From Flaccisagitta enflata (lineage: Eukaryota), in the NCBI GenBank assembly GCA_965153355.1, contig OZ231126.1:44640001-44704000 (forward strand): a DNA stretch of 64,000 bases, given 5' to 3'. This document shows, piece after piece, positions 52,540 to 64,000 of this stretch. Position 1 is the stretch's first letter, and every line of letters starts with the position of its first letter. The notes beneath the pieces are model-generated. The model saw nothing but the letters and a program-made list of their open reading frames with translations, had not been told where the DNA came from and ran no database searches. A program made the translations under genes and the position numbers.

Positions 52540-52700
52540 AAGACAGACGGAAAAACAGACAAACAAAGAAAGATAGAGAAAGAAAAAAAAGATGGAAAGA
52601 AATAAAGAAAGAAATACAGAAAGAAAGAAAGAGAGAAAGGAAAAAAGAAAGAAAGAAAGAAAGAAAGCAAGAAAGAAAGAAAGAAAGAGAAAAAGAAGGA

Positions 52701-52860
<160 letters not shown>

Positions 52861-55091
52861 GAGAAAGGAAGAAATCGAGAGACAAAGAAAGCGGTAGTGA
52901 AACTGGAGACAGAGTAAGAAAAAAAGATGTTGATAGAATCAAAGCCAGTTCAAACAAAAGGAAGAGAAGTTGAGGAGAGATGGAGAAAGAAATAAAATAG
53001 AAAAAAGGAGGAAGAACTGGAGAGAGGAATGAAGAAAGAAATGAAAGAAGTAAGGATAGAAGGAGGCACAAAACGAAAGGAAAGGGAAGCAAGGATGAAT
53101 ACAAAGAAAGCGTGAAAACAAGGGAACAAGGAAGAACGACGACAGGGTAACAACCATCGATGGTCCTTAGGACAGCTTCCCTCCGAAGGCAACATTTGTG
53201 TTTCAAAGAAGATCAAAATATAAAGAAATTTTAAATGAAAATGCAAAATTAAGTGAATAAAGATGATTAAGATGGCTCAGATATAATATTTAAAAGAAAA
53301 ATTTGCATTGATTCAGCAAAAGGACCAAGTTTAGCCAATGTTACCAAAAAAATTACTTTGAAAATTTGTACTGATTTTTTTTTTGGTAACTGAAAGGGGG
53401 CTGGTTGAAATTCTAAATTTGCATAGGAAATGAAAAAATGAAAAAACAAAGAACATAGTTCTCTTCCCAAATCGATTACAGAGAGAACTATGTTTTTCAA
53501 AATGCAAAGTTTCCCTGTATTTGGCTTTCTTAGAATTTCAACCACAGAAAATGAAAAAAAGTGTAAGCTGAAAATCACTAAAAATCATCATTTTCTTGCT
53601 TGTTTTCATGTGAATCGCATGGTTCAAATTGCATTTTAAGTCAGAATATGATAAAAATGTATGCACCAAGTATCCTTAGAGACAATTTGTCCACTAACAG
53701 CATTCCAGCTTCATTATTGTCCTGATAATGATGCAAAAAGTATTGTGAAACACTTCATTTGCCTTCATAAATTTTCCGTCTTAGCTTATTTTAAGACAAT
53801 AAATCGGTGAACATATATAAACGTCGAAACCCGTGAGGGTAGCTAAACTTCATTAAGCGATCATATGGTGACCATATTTCAAGAGGCAAGCCGAGGGTTA
53901 AGGTTCAAGACTGATATTGATCTCTTCCTCAGCCCATTTTTCTTGTCAAAGAGGCAAAAGAAAATGTCATGAGAGCCACGAAGTCGGAGAGAAGAAGAGG
54001 AAACGCATCCACGCAGCTTGCACAAGCAACGCCAAATGGCGAGGAAAGAAGGAAAATACATGGTCCAAAACACGGCGGGTACAAGGGGCAGTAATGTGGC
54101 CTAGTGGGTGGGCAGGGACAGTAATGTGGCCTTGTGGGTGGGCAGGGGCATTATTGCTCGGAAATCACTGCTCCGTCCGATTTCACGTCATGAATGAATG
54201 TCATCGACTGATGGACGGATGGACCGTGGTCATAACGAGCCGCAGACGAGTGGGCAGGGGCGGAGACGCGCGTTTTCATAATTCTGAACTCGATCAAGCA
54301 TCACCGAACGACGGGTGAATGAACGGACGAACGGATGAACTGACTGACTGACCGACTGACCGACACAGGACCTCGCAAAGTCTTCGATCCGAGACCTAAA
54401 AGGCCAAGAGAGAAGAAAAGAAGTGAACGTGAAGAAAGCAAGCCCGGTCGGGTTACTGCGCATTCTTACTCCTCAGGCTGATAGAAAGAGTCGGAGGCTG
54501 CGATTTTTGAACGAGAGCAACAAACCAATACGTTATGTACGTCATGTAAACATGCAGCCACGGAGTCACGGATTTTGTATAAAAGGCTATCAGACCGAAA
54601 AAAACCCAGGAAATTTGTAATACTTACTGAACACTAACCATACACAGTCTCTAATCAAACAAGTAAAAGATAAACAAGATAGCTTTCTACAGTAGAGGAT
54701 AAATAGGCTAATGCAATTCACACAATAATTGAAAATACAAGACACGCTAGAGACAATACCGCCAAAAATGTGGGAAAATTAATTGACGATTAGTTAGCCA
54801 CGTCGATCATTTTCATCGAGCGTAAAACCCACCCAACCGATATTGCCATCTGGTAGCGAAGATTCGAATGAAATGATAAGTTTGAAAATGAACACAAGAT
54901 CATCCTCGATCCTTGATCAGCCTTGATCATATCGTGATCAAGATCTGCTCTATGATAATAATCGGATCACATCTGCCAAACTTGTTCATCATTGTGGAAA
55001 AATTTTAATAGAAACATTGCAAATACTGACAAGCTTTCTTGAGCTAAAGATTTACGATTATTTTGATGTGTTTTGAAAATTTAAATAACTC

Positions 55092-55552
55092 GGTCTACGT
55101 GTAGGAGACGACCGGACTAGAGCGATGTCTTTTGTTTTCGTTTTCAGCCGAGTCTCGGCCTCTCTCGACTATTTCTCACTCTCGCTTCTACTTCTTACGT
55201 CGAGTTATTGATTTCTTGTTGATTTATGTTGATTTATCGATGATTCTTTGATTTCTTGTTGATTTAGGGTTAAGGGTGGGTTTAGGGGTAGGGGTGGGTT
55301 TAGGGGTAGGGGTGGGTTTAGGGGTAGGGGTGGGTTTAGGGGTAGGGGTGGGTTTAGGGGTAGGGGTGGATTTAGGGTTAGGGGTGGGGTTAGGGGTAGG
55401 TTTAGGGTTAGGGGTAGGTTTAGGGTTAGGGGTAGGGGTGGGTTTAGGGGTAGGGGTGGGTTTAGGGTTAGGGGTAGGGTTAGGGGTAGGGTAGGGTTAG
55501 GGTTAGGGTTAAAAACGCTATAAAAAGTCCGGTCGTCTCCTACACGTAAGCC
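55092..55552. mobile_element. MITE with 27-bp TIRs and internal telomere-like G-rich repeats (Merlin-like ends)
   Basis: GGTCTACGTGTAGGAGACGACCGGACT / AGTCCGGTCGTCTCCTACACGTAAGCC; 8-bp TSD AATAACTC/AAAAACTC (one mismatch); TTAGGG/GTAGGG/GTGGGT hexamers at 55264-55510. Confidence 0.82.
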
Positions 55553-56366
55553 AAAAACTCTAACTGCACAGCTTATTAAAAGAATCAATGGGGCATCGGG
55601 AACCATAACAACGCTTGAGCGGCTTGTTCGTTTTAGTAGAAAGTTACTGGCTTAAAAGACAGTACAGCCCTTTTAAATTAATCACAAGCTCTCAGCAATG
55701 AATATTCAAAAGAGGGGGTAAGACCGTAAGAGGTCAGTATGCCAGAAATACTGTTGAGCCAATTGTTTTAGTTGTGCCGCAGAGTTTTCGAATAAGGTCT
55801 TTTTTTTGTTTTTGCAGCAATTACTGAAGCTACAGATAACCTAAGTCTTCTGGATTATTAATCTGCATGATAACAAACTTGAAGTAGAAATGTAAAATCT
55901 ATTCGAGATGATGTTATTTTGAATTAATGTTTTGTGAAATACTTCTAGTCGCATACTACGCAAGTCTTTACCCCACTTTGATTTTCCGACGACTCTTCGG
56001 TCGGTTGGTCCGTTTCGATTTACTTTTGGCTTTTACAAGCTTTGGGCCTTTCTTAACCTACCCAGATGCCCCTCTCTATCACTGGCCCTATCCGGTCCGC
56101 CCACACGCGACTGGGGTAGCCATGCAGGTGAAGAGAATGAAAGAAGTCTCTTGTGCGAACGCTTGTAAAACTTCAGCAACAAACTGTTTGCCATTCTGTA
56201 CCGGTTCAGTCTAGACATGTAACCCTTGTTCCATCTTGCCAAACAAAAAGAAAGTGCCGACTAAACGCAATACTCAAAATCTTCTTCCATCAACCTTAGC
56301 TCAACTCATTGATCTCTGTTACTTCTTTTTCTTTATTTATTTCCTTAGCTTTTTTCTTTCTCACAT

Positions 56367-56482
<116 letters not shown>

Positions 56483-56498
56483 TCCTTCTTTCTTTCAT

Positions 56499-56550
<52 letters not shown>

Positions 56551-56554
56551 TCGT

Positions 56555-56586
<32 letters not shown>

Positions 56587-57218
56587 TTTTCTTTTTAACT
56601 CTTGTCCTTAATTCAAAATTTCATTTTTGCTTGTTTGAACATTTGTTTCTTTCTGCTTTGTTTATTTCATTCATCTCTCATTAATCTTTTGATCTTTTTT
56701 TTTTTTTGGGGGGGGGAGGGGGGTTCCTAACAGACAGTTGCTCTGTTGCATAGTCTGTCTGTTTGGGTCCCGTCCCTCCCTCCTCCTTCACCGCCAGATT
56801 GTCTGTGTAGTATGAACCTACACTTAATCTCTTGGTCTCTGTCTTCTTATTCTTTCTGTCCTTTATGTTTTCTTACATTCATTGATCTTTCTTTTTTAGT
56901 CGCGTGCTCCTGCCAATATGCTCCACTGACCTCAATCACGGCCCCTGCCCACTGCCTTGTTTGCCTATTAGACAGACAGAACATCAAACGTAAATAAAAA
57001 TCATTGTTTTTGGTGACTTCAAAAAAGCTTTCTAACCAACAAAATTCACAGATCTGCCTTCCATTTCCCAGCGAAAAAAAAGGGGCATCCGATCCTCCCG
57101 TGTGCCCTTCCATCCCCATATTCTTCTATATCTCCATCGTTGCTCCACAATTCTCCTTTTCGTTGGCAGATTTTACAACGACTACCTCTCCATTATCATT
57201 GCACTTTCAATCTCTTTT

Positions 57219-57424
57219 TAGTTGCGTGCACGCGACTCTTCAACCCGCTTTGTCCGTCGGTCGGTCGGTCGGTTGGTTGGTCGGTTGGTCGGTCGGTCAC
57301 ACTTTACTTTTTTTTCTGATTTTATTTCTTTGACCTCACTGCTCCTGCCCAAATGATCTGGTGACCTCAAATATTGCCCCTGCCCTCCCGCACGCGAATT
57401 CGGTAGCCGTGTATCCGGCCTTGT
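57219..57424 (+). mobile_element. HINE/DINE-1-like element, family A
   Basis: Same subfamily as 62302-62493 (shared TGACCTCACTGCTCCTGCCCAAATG..TGGTGACCTCAAATA core). Confidence 0.8.
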
Positions 57425-57431
57425 TGAATTA

Positions 57432-57611
57432 CAAATGAACCCCGCTATAATGGATTCAAGGGATTTTATATCTATAATGGATTCAAGGGATTTTATATCT
57501 ATAATTGCCGATATAGAAATTTAAAAAAAATGATTTGAAGGGACTAGGGTTTGATATCCATTATAGACGGATTTCCATTAATCTCGGATCCATTATAGCG
57601 GGATGAAACTG
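57432..57611. mobile_element. Short MITE (Tc1/pogo-like ends)
   Basis: CCCGCTATAATGGAT / ATCCATTATAGCGGG inverted subterminal repeat. Confidence 0.6.
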
Positions 57612-57675
57612 TTCTTTTTTTCAGTTTTCACTTACCTTCTCCCCATCCTCATCCTCGATCTTTTTATACCACGTA

Positions 57676-58233
57676 CAGTAGATGTCGTCTAGACTTGGAA
57701 ATATGGGGGAATTCACTACAAGCAGACAAATTTACTTGAGAGACTGATATTTGAAATATTGGCAAATAAAAGGCTGCTTTATTGCCCATGGGTGTTGGTT
57801 GCCATGGAAACACATTCCCACGTATTTACGCTAAAGTATTAATATTTTTAGAAATTTTTTGAGGGAATATCATTTAGAATAAAATTTGCAACAATATTCC
57901 AACAATTTGTTCTGTAAAAATATTGCTCGTTTAGCCATTGCTTGGGAGCGTAACTATATGTGACAGCCCTGTGATGCTCCCTAGCAACCGCCAAACGAGC
58001 AATATTCTTAAAGAACATATTGTGGGAAAGTTGGAGCAAATTTTATTTTAAACAATATTCCCTTAAAAATTTTTTCAAAATATTGATACTTTAGGGTAAA
58101 TACATGGCAACCAACACCCATGGGCAATAAAGCATCCTTTTATCAGTTTACATTCTAAATATCAATCTTTTAGGTTTATTTGTTTTCCTGTAATGAATTC
58201 CCCCGTATTTCCAAGTCTAGACGACATCTACTG
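57676..58233. mobile_element. Foldback MITE (Tc1/mariner-like CAGTAGA termini)
   Basis: CAGTAGATGTCGTCTAGACTTGGAAATA / TATTTCCAAGTCTAGACGACATCTACTG with long complementary arms; TA on the left and CA on the right. Confidence 0.82.
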
Positions 58234-58261
58234 CACATTCTACTTTTTTCTTTTTTCTGTT

Positions 58262-58513
58262 TTGGCAGCGGCCCCGAAGGGGCCGATGACCTATGCTTTC
58301 ACACATAGGGGAAATTTTTCCTTCTTCTTCTCCTTCTTCTCCTTCTCCTCCGTCCACCCCCATTGCAGCTCATATCCTGGCCTCGGGGCCCAAATTGCCT
58401 AAAGGCCCAAATCCTAGCCATGGGGCTCAATACCCAACCTTTCAGGCTCACAGGCATGTAGATTTTGGAGTAGCGGGTAGCGCCGCTTCTCGGCAGGACA
58501 GAGGCCTTGTCGG
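58262..58513 (+). mobile_element. Interspersed element family C (short copy)
   Basis: GGCAGCGGCCCCGAAGGGGCCGATGACCTATGCTTTCACACATAGG start as at 15520. Confidence 0.7.
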
Positions 58514-58662
58514 CAGCTTCCAGTAGAAGCAGAAAATAAAGGAGAAAGAAGAAGATGATGAAGAAGAGCGGAGTGAAAAGAGAGAGGAAAGAAGGGAGAA
58601 GGGAGAAAAAAAAACAGAGAAAAAAATGAAAGAAAGAACAAAAAGAAATAAAGAAAGAAGAA

Positions 58663-58742
<80 letters not shown>

Positions 58743-59383
58743 AAAAAAGAAAGATCTAAAAAGTAAGCTCGCTCACTTTTGTGCACAAACAAGACCGGAT
58801 ACACAGTAGGACTGTAGCGGACCGGACTGTTGGTTGAGAAATTTCCAAAAAGATTCTCACATATACTTATGAGTTAACGAAATTACAGATTACCAAACTC
58901 ACCAGATTTTAACTATTTGTTACCAAAATTGCCGGATGGTAATCTTAGTAATTACCTGAAACATCATCAAAAAATGTTCCAGATCACTGAGGGAACATTC
59001 CAAATTCAAAGTTATCAGCTCTCAATTTGTTACGAGGCTTGCTGGCGCTTTGATAATTGAGCAAATGGATGAATCTCTACTTTATAAAGATTTTTCAGTT
59101 TATATTCTTATCCATATAAATCTGATTCACGGTAAGCTACGTGGAACACAAAAAGATGTTGATTACTTTGAAACGTCCAGAAAGTTTTCTCTTTTTATAT
59201 ATATAAAACAAAAAAATAAGTTTAAGGTATAATTTCTACTCAAATTGAATAAGTGACAATTTATCAAATTTTCACTGGAGCAGTAATCATATAACTGCAA
59301 TATGCAAATTATATCTTCATCATTTCTCAATTTCCACTTTCTAGTCGCGGACACGCCATTTTAGGTGGTGTGTGTGTGTGTGT

Positions 59384-59486
<103 letters not shown>

Positions 59487-59509
59487 AGTGCATGTGTGTG
59501 TGTGTGTGT

Positions 59510-59586
<77 letters not shown>

Positions 59587-59611
59587 TGTGTGTGTGTGTG
59601 TTATTGGCGTT

Positions 59612-60676
59612 TGGTGACGTCGGCAGATATCAGGGGAAAATATATGCTACTCGGCAGGATGGAAGAATATACACGCCTGCAGGCTCAAATCCCAACCTTG
59701 AGGCTCAATTCCCAACCTTGAGGCTCAAATCCCAGTCTACTATCTTAGAAATAAATATACGGACAGCTGTTTATAGTCATAGCGCGCTTAATTTTTGTCT
59801 TAGAACATTCGTTTTTTTTTAGAAATGCGTGTCTTCAAAAGATCTAGCGATCTAGACCAAGCCCAATGCTGTATCTTTATTCGTTTAGAAATGAGAGCCG
59901 AAAGAGTAAAAACGTTGCTTTTCAAATTTGGAAAAAAAATGCGGATAATTTTCATCATACCCCTCGGCGCCATCTGGGCTCGTTGCCTCCGGGATTTTTC
60001 TTTTTTACTTCGGTTTTTTTTTACAATGCCTCTGGAAAAACGCATTTCCCTAGATACCAAAGGGGCAATTATCGCTTTAAGGGGTGAAGGCCTCAGTTTA
60101 CGCGCAATCGGACATATGGGCAACTTCAAAAGAAGGGCTGAAAAGAATTGCGCTAATGGTTTGGGAGAAGATCACTCCAGATTACTTGGCGTCACTCTAC
60201 GATTCAATGCCACGCCGAATGCAAGCAGTGGTCGATGCCCAAGGCGGACATACAAAGTATTAGGCGTTTTTCAACATGTTCATGTACTTTTCTAGTCAAT
60301 AAATGAACTTTTTTATCAAGTGTCCGTATATCTATTTCCAAGATAGTAAAGGGCCATATCCCAGCCTCTAGGCACACATCCCAGCTTCAAGGCTCAAATC
60401 CCAGCCTAAAGCCTCAAATCCCAGCCTCAAGCCTCAAATCCCAGCCTTGAGGCTCTATCACAGCCTCTTGGCTCAAATCTCGGCTTAAAGCCTCAAATTA
60501 CTGCCTTTAGGCTCAAATCCCATTATTGATGCTCAAATTCAATCCTAGAGCTTCAAAAATAACTAAGCATAGGTCATTGGCCCCTTTGGGGCCGCTGCCC
60601 CTCTCACCATCACACTCCTACATAGACTCACATAGGGGTAACGGGTACCGCTGACCATCTAACGCTTTTGCGACTA
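59612..60676 (+). mobile_element. Interspersed element family C, host of the Tc1 derivative
   Basis: CCCAGCCTTGAGGCTCAAAT units, an inverted copy of the 5' motif at about 60567-60600, and a 3' end shared with 15520-16022; 5' boundary approximate. Confidence 0.65.
59740..60346 (+). mobile_element. Internally deleted Tc1-family transposon
   Basis: TIR CTATCTTAGAAATAAATATACGGACA / TGTCCGTATATCTATTTCCAAGATAG with TA TSD. MPLEKRISLDTKGAIIALRGEGLSLRAI (from 60026) is joined out of frame to VWEKITPDYLASLYDSMPRRMQAVVDAQGGHTKY* (stop ends 60263). Confidence 0.9.
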
Positions 60677-60729
60677 TTCATCAATGCTATTTTAAACCTT
60701 GCCTCCTTCTCATCTCTTCTTCACATTTT

Positions 60730-60864
60730 TAGTCGCGACTCTACACCTTGCCGTGTCGGTCGGACCGTCTGTCCCTCCGTAACATTTTTGAATTCCAATC
60801 CGTTTTCGCCCTACTGCTCCTGCCCAACCGTCCGCGACTGGATTGCCGTGTATCCGACTTTGTT
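60730..60864 (+). mobile_element. HINE/DINE-1-like element, family A (short)
   Basis: TAGTCGCGACTCTAC start; CCGTCCGCGACT..GCCGTGTATCCGACTTTGTT end. Confidence 0.7.
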
Positions 60865-61009
60865 TACCCTCTCGATCATCTTCGTATCTTCAATCATCAT
60901 CTCCACTTTCCTCCTCATCAACTCCCTCCTTCCCCTCACCTCCCATCTCGACATCATTCCCACACTTCTCAACAAATCACATCTCATAATTCCTTAATTT
61001 GTTCTCAAA

Positions 61010-61290
61010 ACCTACCTCCTCGTCACCTCCTCGTCACCTCGTCACCTCCTCGTCACATCCTCGTCACATCCTCGTCACCTCATCACCTCCTCATCACCTA
61101 CCTCCTCGTCACCTCGTCATCTCGTCACCTCCTCATCACCTACCTCCTCGTCACCTCGTCACCTCCTCATCACCTACCTCCTCGTCACATCCTCGTCACC
61201 TCGTCACCTCCTCATCACCTACCTCCTCGTCACCTCGTCATCTCGTCACCTCCTCATCACCCACCTCCTTGTCACCTCCTCGTCACCTCC
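61010..61290 (+). repeat. Imperfect 9-12-bp CCTCGTCAC minisatellite
   Basis: Directly visible. Confidence 0.9.
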
Positions 61291-61419
61291 ATACTCATCT
61301 TCCAAACTGCGATCGGCTAAGAAACAGAGGAGAAAAAGGTTAAACTCTTTAGATAAAAAAGTCAAATTGTGGAGAGAGGGAGATTGCCTTTCATCAACAA
61401 AGAAAGGATGAGAAAGAAG

Positions 61420-61528
<109 letters not shown>

Positions 61529-62301
61529 AAGATGAGAGAAGAAAAGTATTACATCTTCTTGGACAATCGCGGCGAAATAGAAAAAGGTCAGGTGGGCGGA
61601 GGAGAAGGAGAAAAGAAGCGACCAAGTGATAGGAATGAGGGAAGAAGAAAGAAGAAGAAGAGGAAAAAGAGAGGAAAGAAACGGCGAAACAGAGATGCGA
61701 GGGGAAGAGAGAAAAAAGAAAACAATTAGAGAGGAGAGTGTTGAGTGAGGGGAAGAAATCCATTATCGATGTGAGTATTAACGAGTAAAAAAACGCGCTA
61801 TTGAGTATGTACAGAAATGGAGCTTCAACGGTGCTGCTCAAACAATGAACCTGATGTAACTTATTTTTGTTACATGTATGATGATCACAACCAGTCCCCT
61901 CAGTTACCACCCAATCAGGGACCATGACAGTTCTATGTTTCTCTGGTGTGTTCATAGAATAGAAAAATAACCCATCACGTTGCGAGTAAAGATAAAGACG
62001 ACGCAACATTTCATGCAAGGTTGCAACTTTGCCTCATACAGGAGTATTTTTTTTAAACGACTTTTTTTCAGATTCATTTTTGTTAGAATTCTGTAGACTA
62101 GACTCTAAGTAAAATCAGATAGATTCTAGAGGGACACTGACCTACTTTGTTGATACTGCATGTTGATAAAAGAAATGCTCATATGAAATGATTTGTAACT
62201 TTCTCAATGAACAGCCACGAAACAGATCGAAAGTAACGTTTGAAAAAATTTCCGCAAGATTAATAAGTTGAGCTCTGTTTTGATCGGCGGTCAAAAGCGT
62301 T

Positions 62302-62493
62302 ACAAGGCCGGACACGCGGCCACCGAAGTCGCGTGCGGGTGGGCAGGGGCCATATTTGAGGTCACCAGACCATTTGGGTAGGAGCGGTGAGGTCAAAGAA
62401 ATAAAATCATAAAAAAGTAAAGTGTGACGGACCGATCAACCGACCGACCGACCGACGGACAAAGCGAGTTGTAGAGTCGCGTGCACGCGACTA
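62302..62493 (-). mobile_element. HINE/DINE-1-like element, family A; a truncated sibling lies at 62881-63024
   Basis: ACAAGGCCGGACACGCGGCC hairpin, AGTCGCGTGCGGG subTIR, GACC microsatellite, AGTCGCGTGCACGCGACTA palindrome. Confidence 0.85.
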
Positions 62494-62815
62494 AAAAAAA
62501 GTGAGAGCGGATCGATATAAAAGAGAGAGAGGGAGAGAGAAATGTCTTGTTTGCACACTGGCAATGAAGGCTAATGGCGATAAGGATTTCTCATAGTTTT
62601 CAGTGTTGTTAACAAGACAGTAAAAATCGCCCCATATCGGATGTCTTTTCAATTTTCGTTAAAAAAGAAATCACTGAATCTGTCAGTTACTTAGATTCCC
62701 AAGTAGTCTACATGATAATAAGTGATGATGTGAATATAGGTGAGCCAGTGGAGCGAAACAAGCTGCTTACAGTTTTCAGTCCATCAATATGAGACTTATC
62801 TGTGAGAGAGAAAAA

Positions 62816-62883
<68 letters not shown>

Positions 62884-63035
62884 ATATTTGAGGTCACCAG
62901 ACCATTTGGGTAGGAGCAGGGAGGTCAAAGTAATAAAATCATAAAAAAAAAGTAAAGTGTGACCGACAGACCAACCGACCGACCGACGGACAAAGCGGGT
63001 TGTAGAGTCGCGTGCACGCGACTAAAAAAAAAGAA

Positions 63036-63118
<83 letters not shown>

Positions 63119-64000
63119 AGTGAATGTTGCTCATTCAAACGGACGCGAGGCTGAAACGGAAAAAATAAAGAGATTAATGAATTCGATGATGACCCAACTA
63201 GAAAAAGAGTAACAAAAAAAGAAATAAAGAAAACAACTTGATGTACTTTTTTCCCTCCCCAAAATGTACTTACAATTCGCGATTGAGCAGTCAGAGGAAA
63301 TGACGGTAAATGCATTATTTTTGGGTAGGTGTTTTTCCATCACAAAGGAAACTTTCGCCAATCAGTTCAATGATTGGTATATCTGCACTATGATGAAGTA
63401 GGTTAATGATTAAATATATTGCAGTTATCATTGAATAAACTATGCTGATGAAAAGAAATTATCTATGAGAAATAAAAGAATTTGGCTTATTATCTGGAAG
63501 TATCATTCATTGATTACCAGTTGTTTACAGACTGAAATATTTCGAGATCAGTGTGCGGTAAAGTTGATTAGGCGCTACAGGCCGCTAGTATGTTAAAAAA
63601 AGAACAAAAAAAAAAAAAGAAAAAAACAACAAAAAACATTGGATAAATAACACGAAAAACAACCAACCTAGATGAAATCTCATCAGAAAATTGAAATTTT
63701 CAACTCCGATTATTGAGCTCATCTCGAGAAGCATTCAGGTTTCACTATTTACTAAAACAACCTCCTGCATTCTTCGTTGATGTGTTGTCAGGCAGACGCG
63801 TTTGGCCGATTTATCGCGTGAACTGTAAACTATAACTTTGAAATGAATTACGTTAACTTTGGGCTGAAGAATTTTCTCGTGACAACCGCGAACCAACCGA
63901 AAATGCAAATATCGGTTTGCTTTTGAGCTTCACGTATTTTTGAAATACATATTTTTGATAAATCTTTTATGACTCTGTCAATGGTGCAAGGTGTTTCACG

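Noticed and set aside
53267..53785. AT-rich segment resembling a TTAA-flanked DNA element
   Set aside because: The putative terminal repeats are too short and mismatched to call.
55264..55510. True telomere or chromosome-fusion scar
   Set aside because: Mostly variant hexamers in a single orientation, enclosed by TIRs and a TSD.

Overview
Repeat-dense eukaryotic, almost certainly animal, genomic DNA with spliceosomal GT-AG introns and very abundant microsatellites. Two host genes can be reconstructed on the + strand. The first is the 3' five exons of an SLC16/monocarboxylate-type MFS transporter (3004-6257; its 5' exons lie outside the window). The second is a complete four-exon, 193-aa EFHD/swiprosin-like EF-hand gene (26805-29847) whose Ca2+-binding loops look degenerate. 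Most of the rest is transposon-derived: an RTE-like LINE split by a TA-inserted MITE; two near-identical, inverted 3,669-bp defective Academ-type DNA transposons, each with its own 3-bp TSD; a multi-level transposon nest between them; about 20 copies of Helentron/DINE-1 (HINE)-like elements, some carrying or generating tandem repeats; several hAT-, Tc1/mariner-, MULE- and Merlin-like MITEs, one filled with telomere-like G-rich repeats; a Tc1 deletion derivative; and a CR1-like fragment. Most ORFs in the supplied track are microsatellite or satellite artefacts. I found no evidence for a wholly new multi-gene system. The best leads are the trans-mobilised Academ pair, the link between HINE-like elements and satellites, and the degenerate-EF-hand swiprosin. 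All family assignments come from motif and structure recognition by eye, not from database searches.
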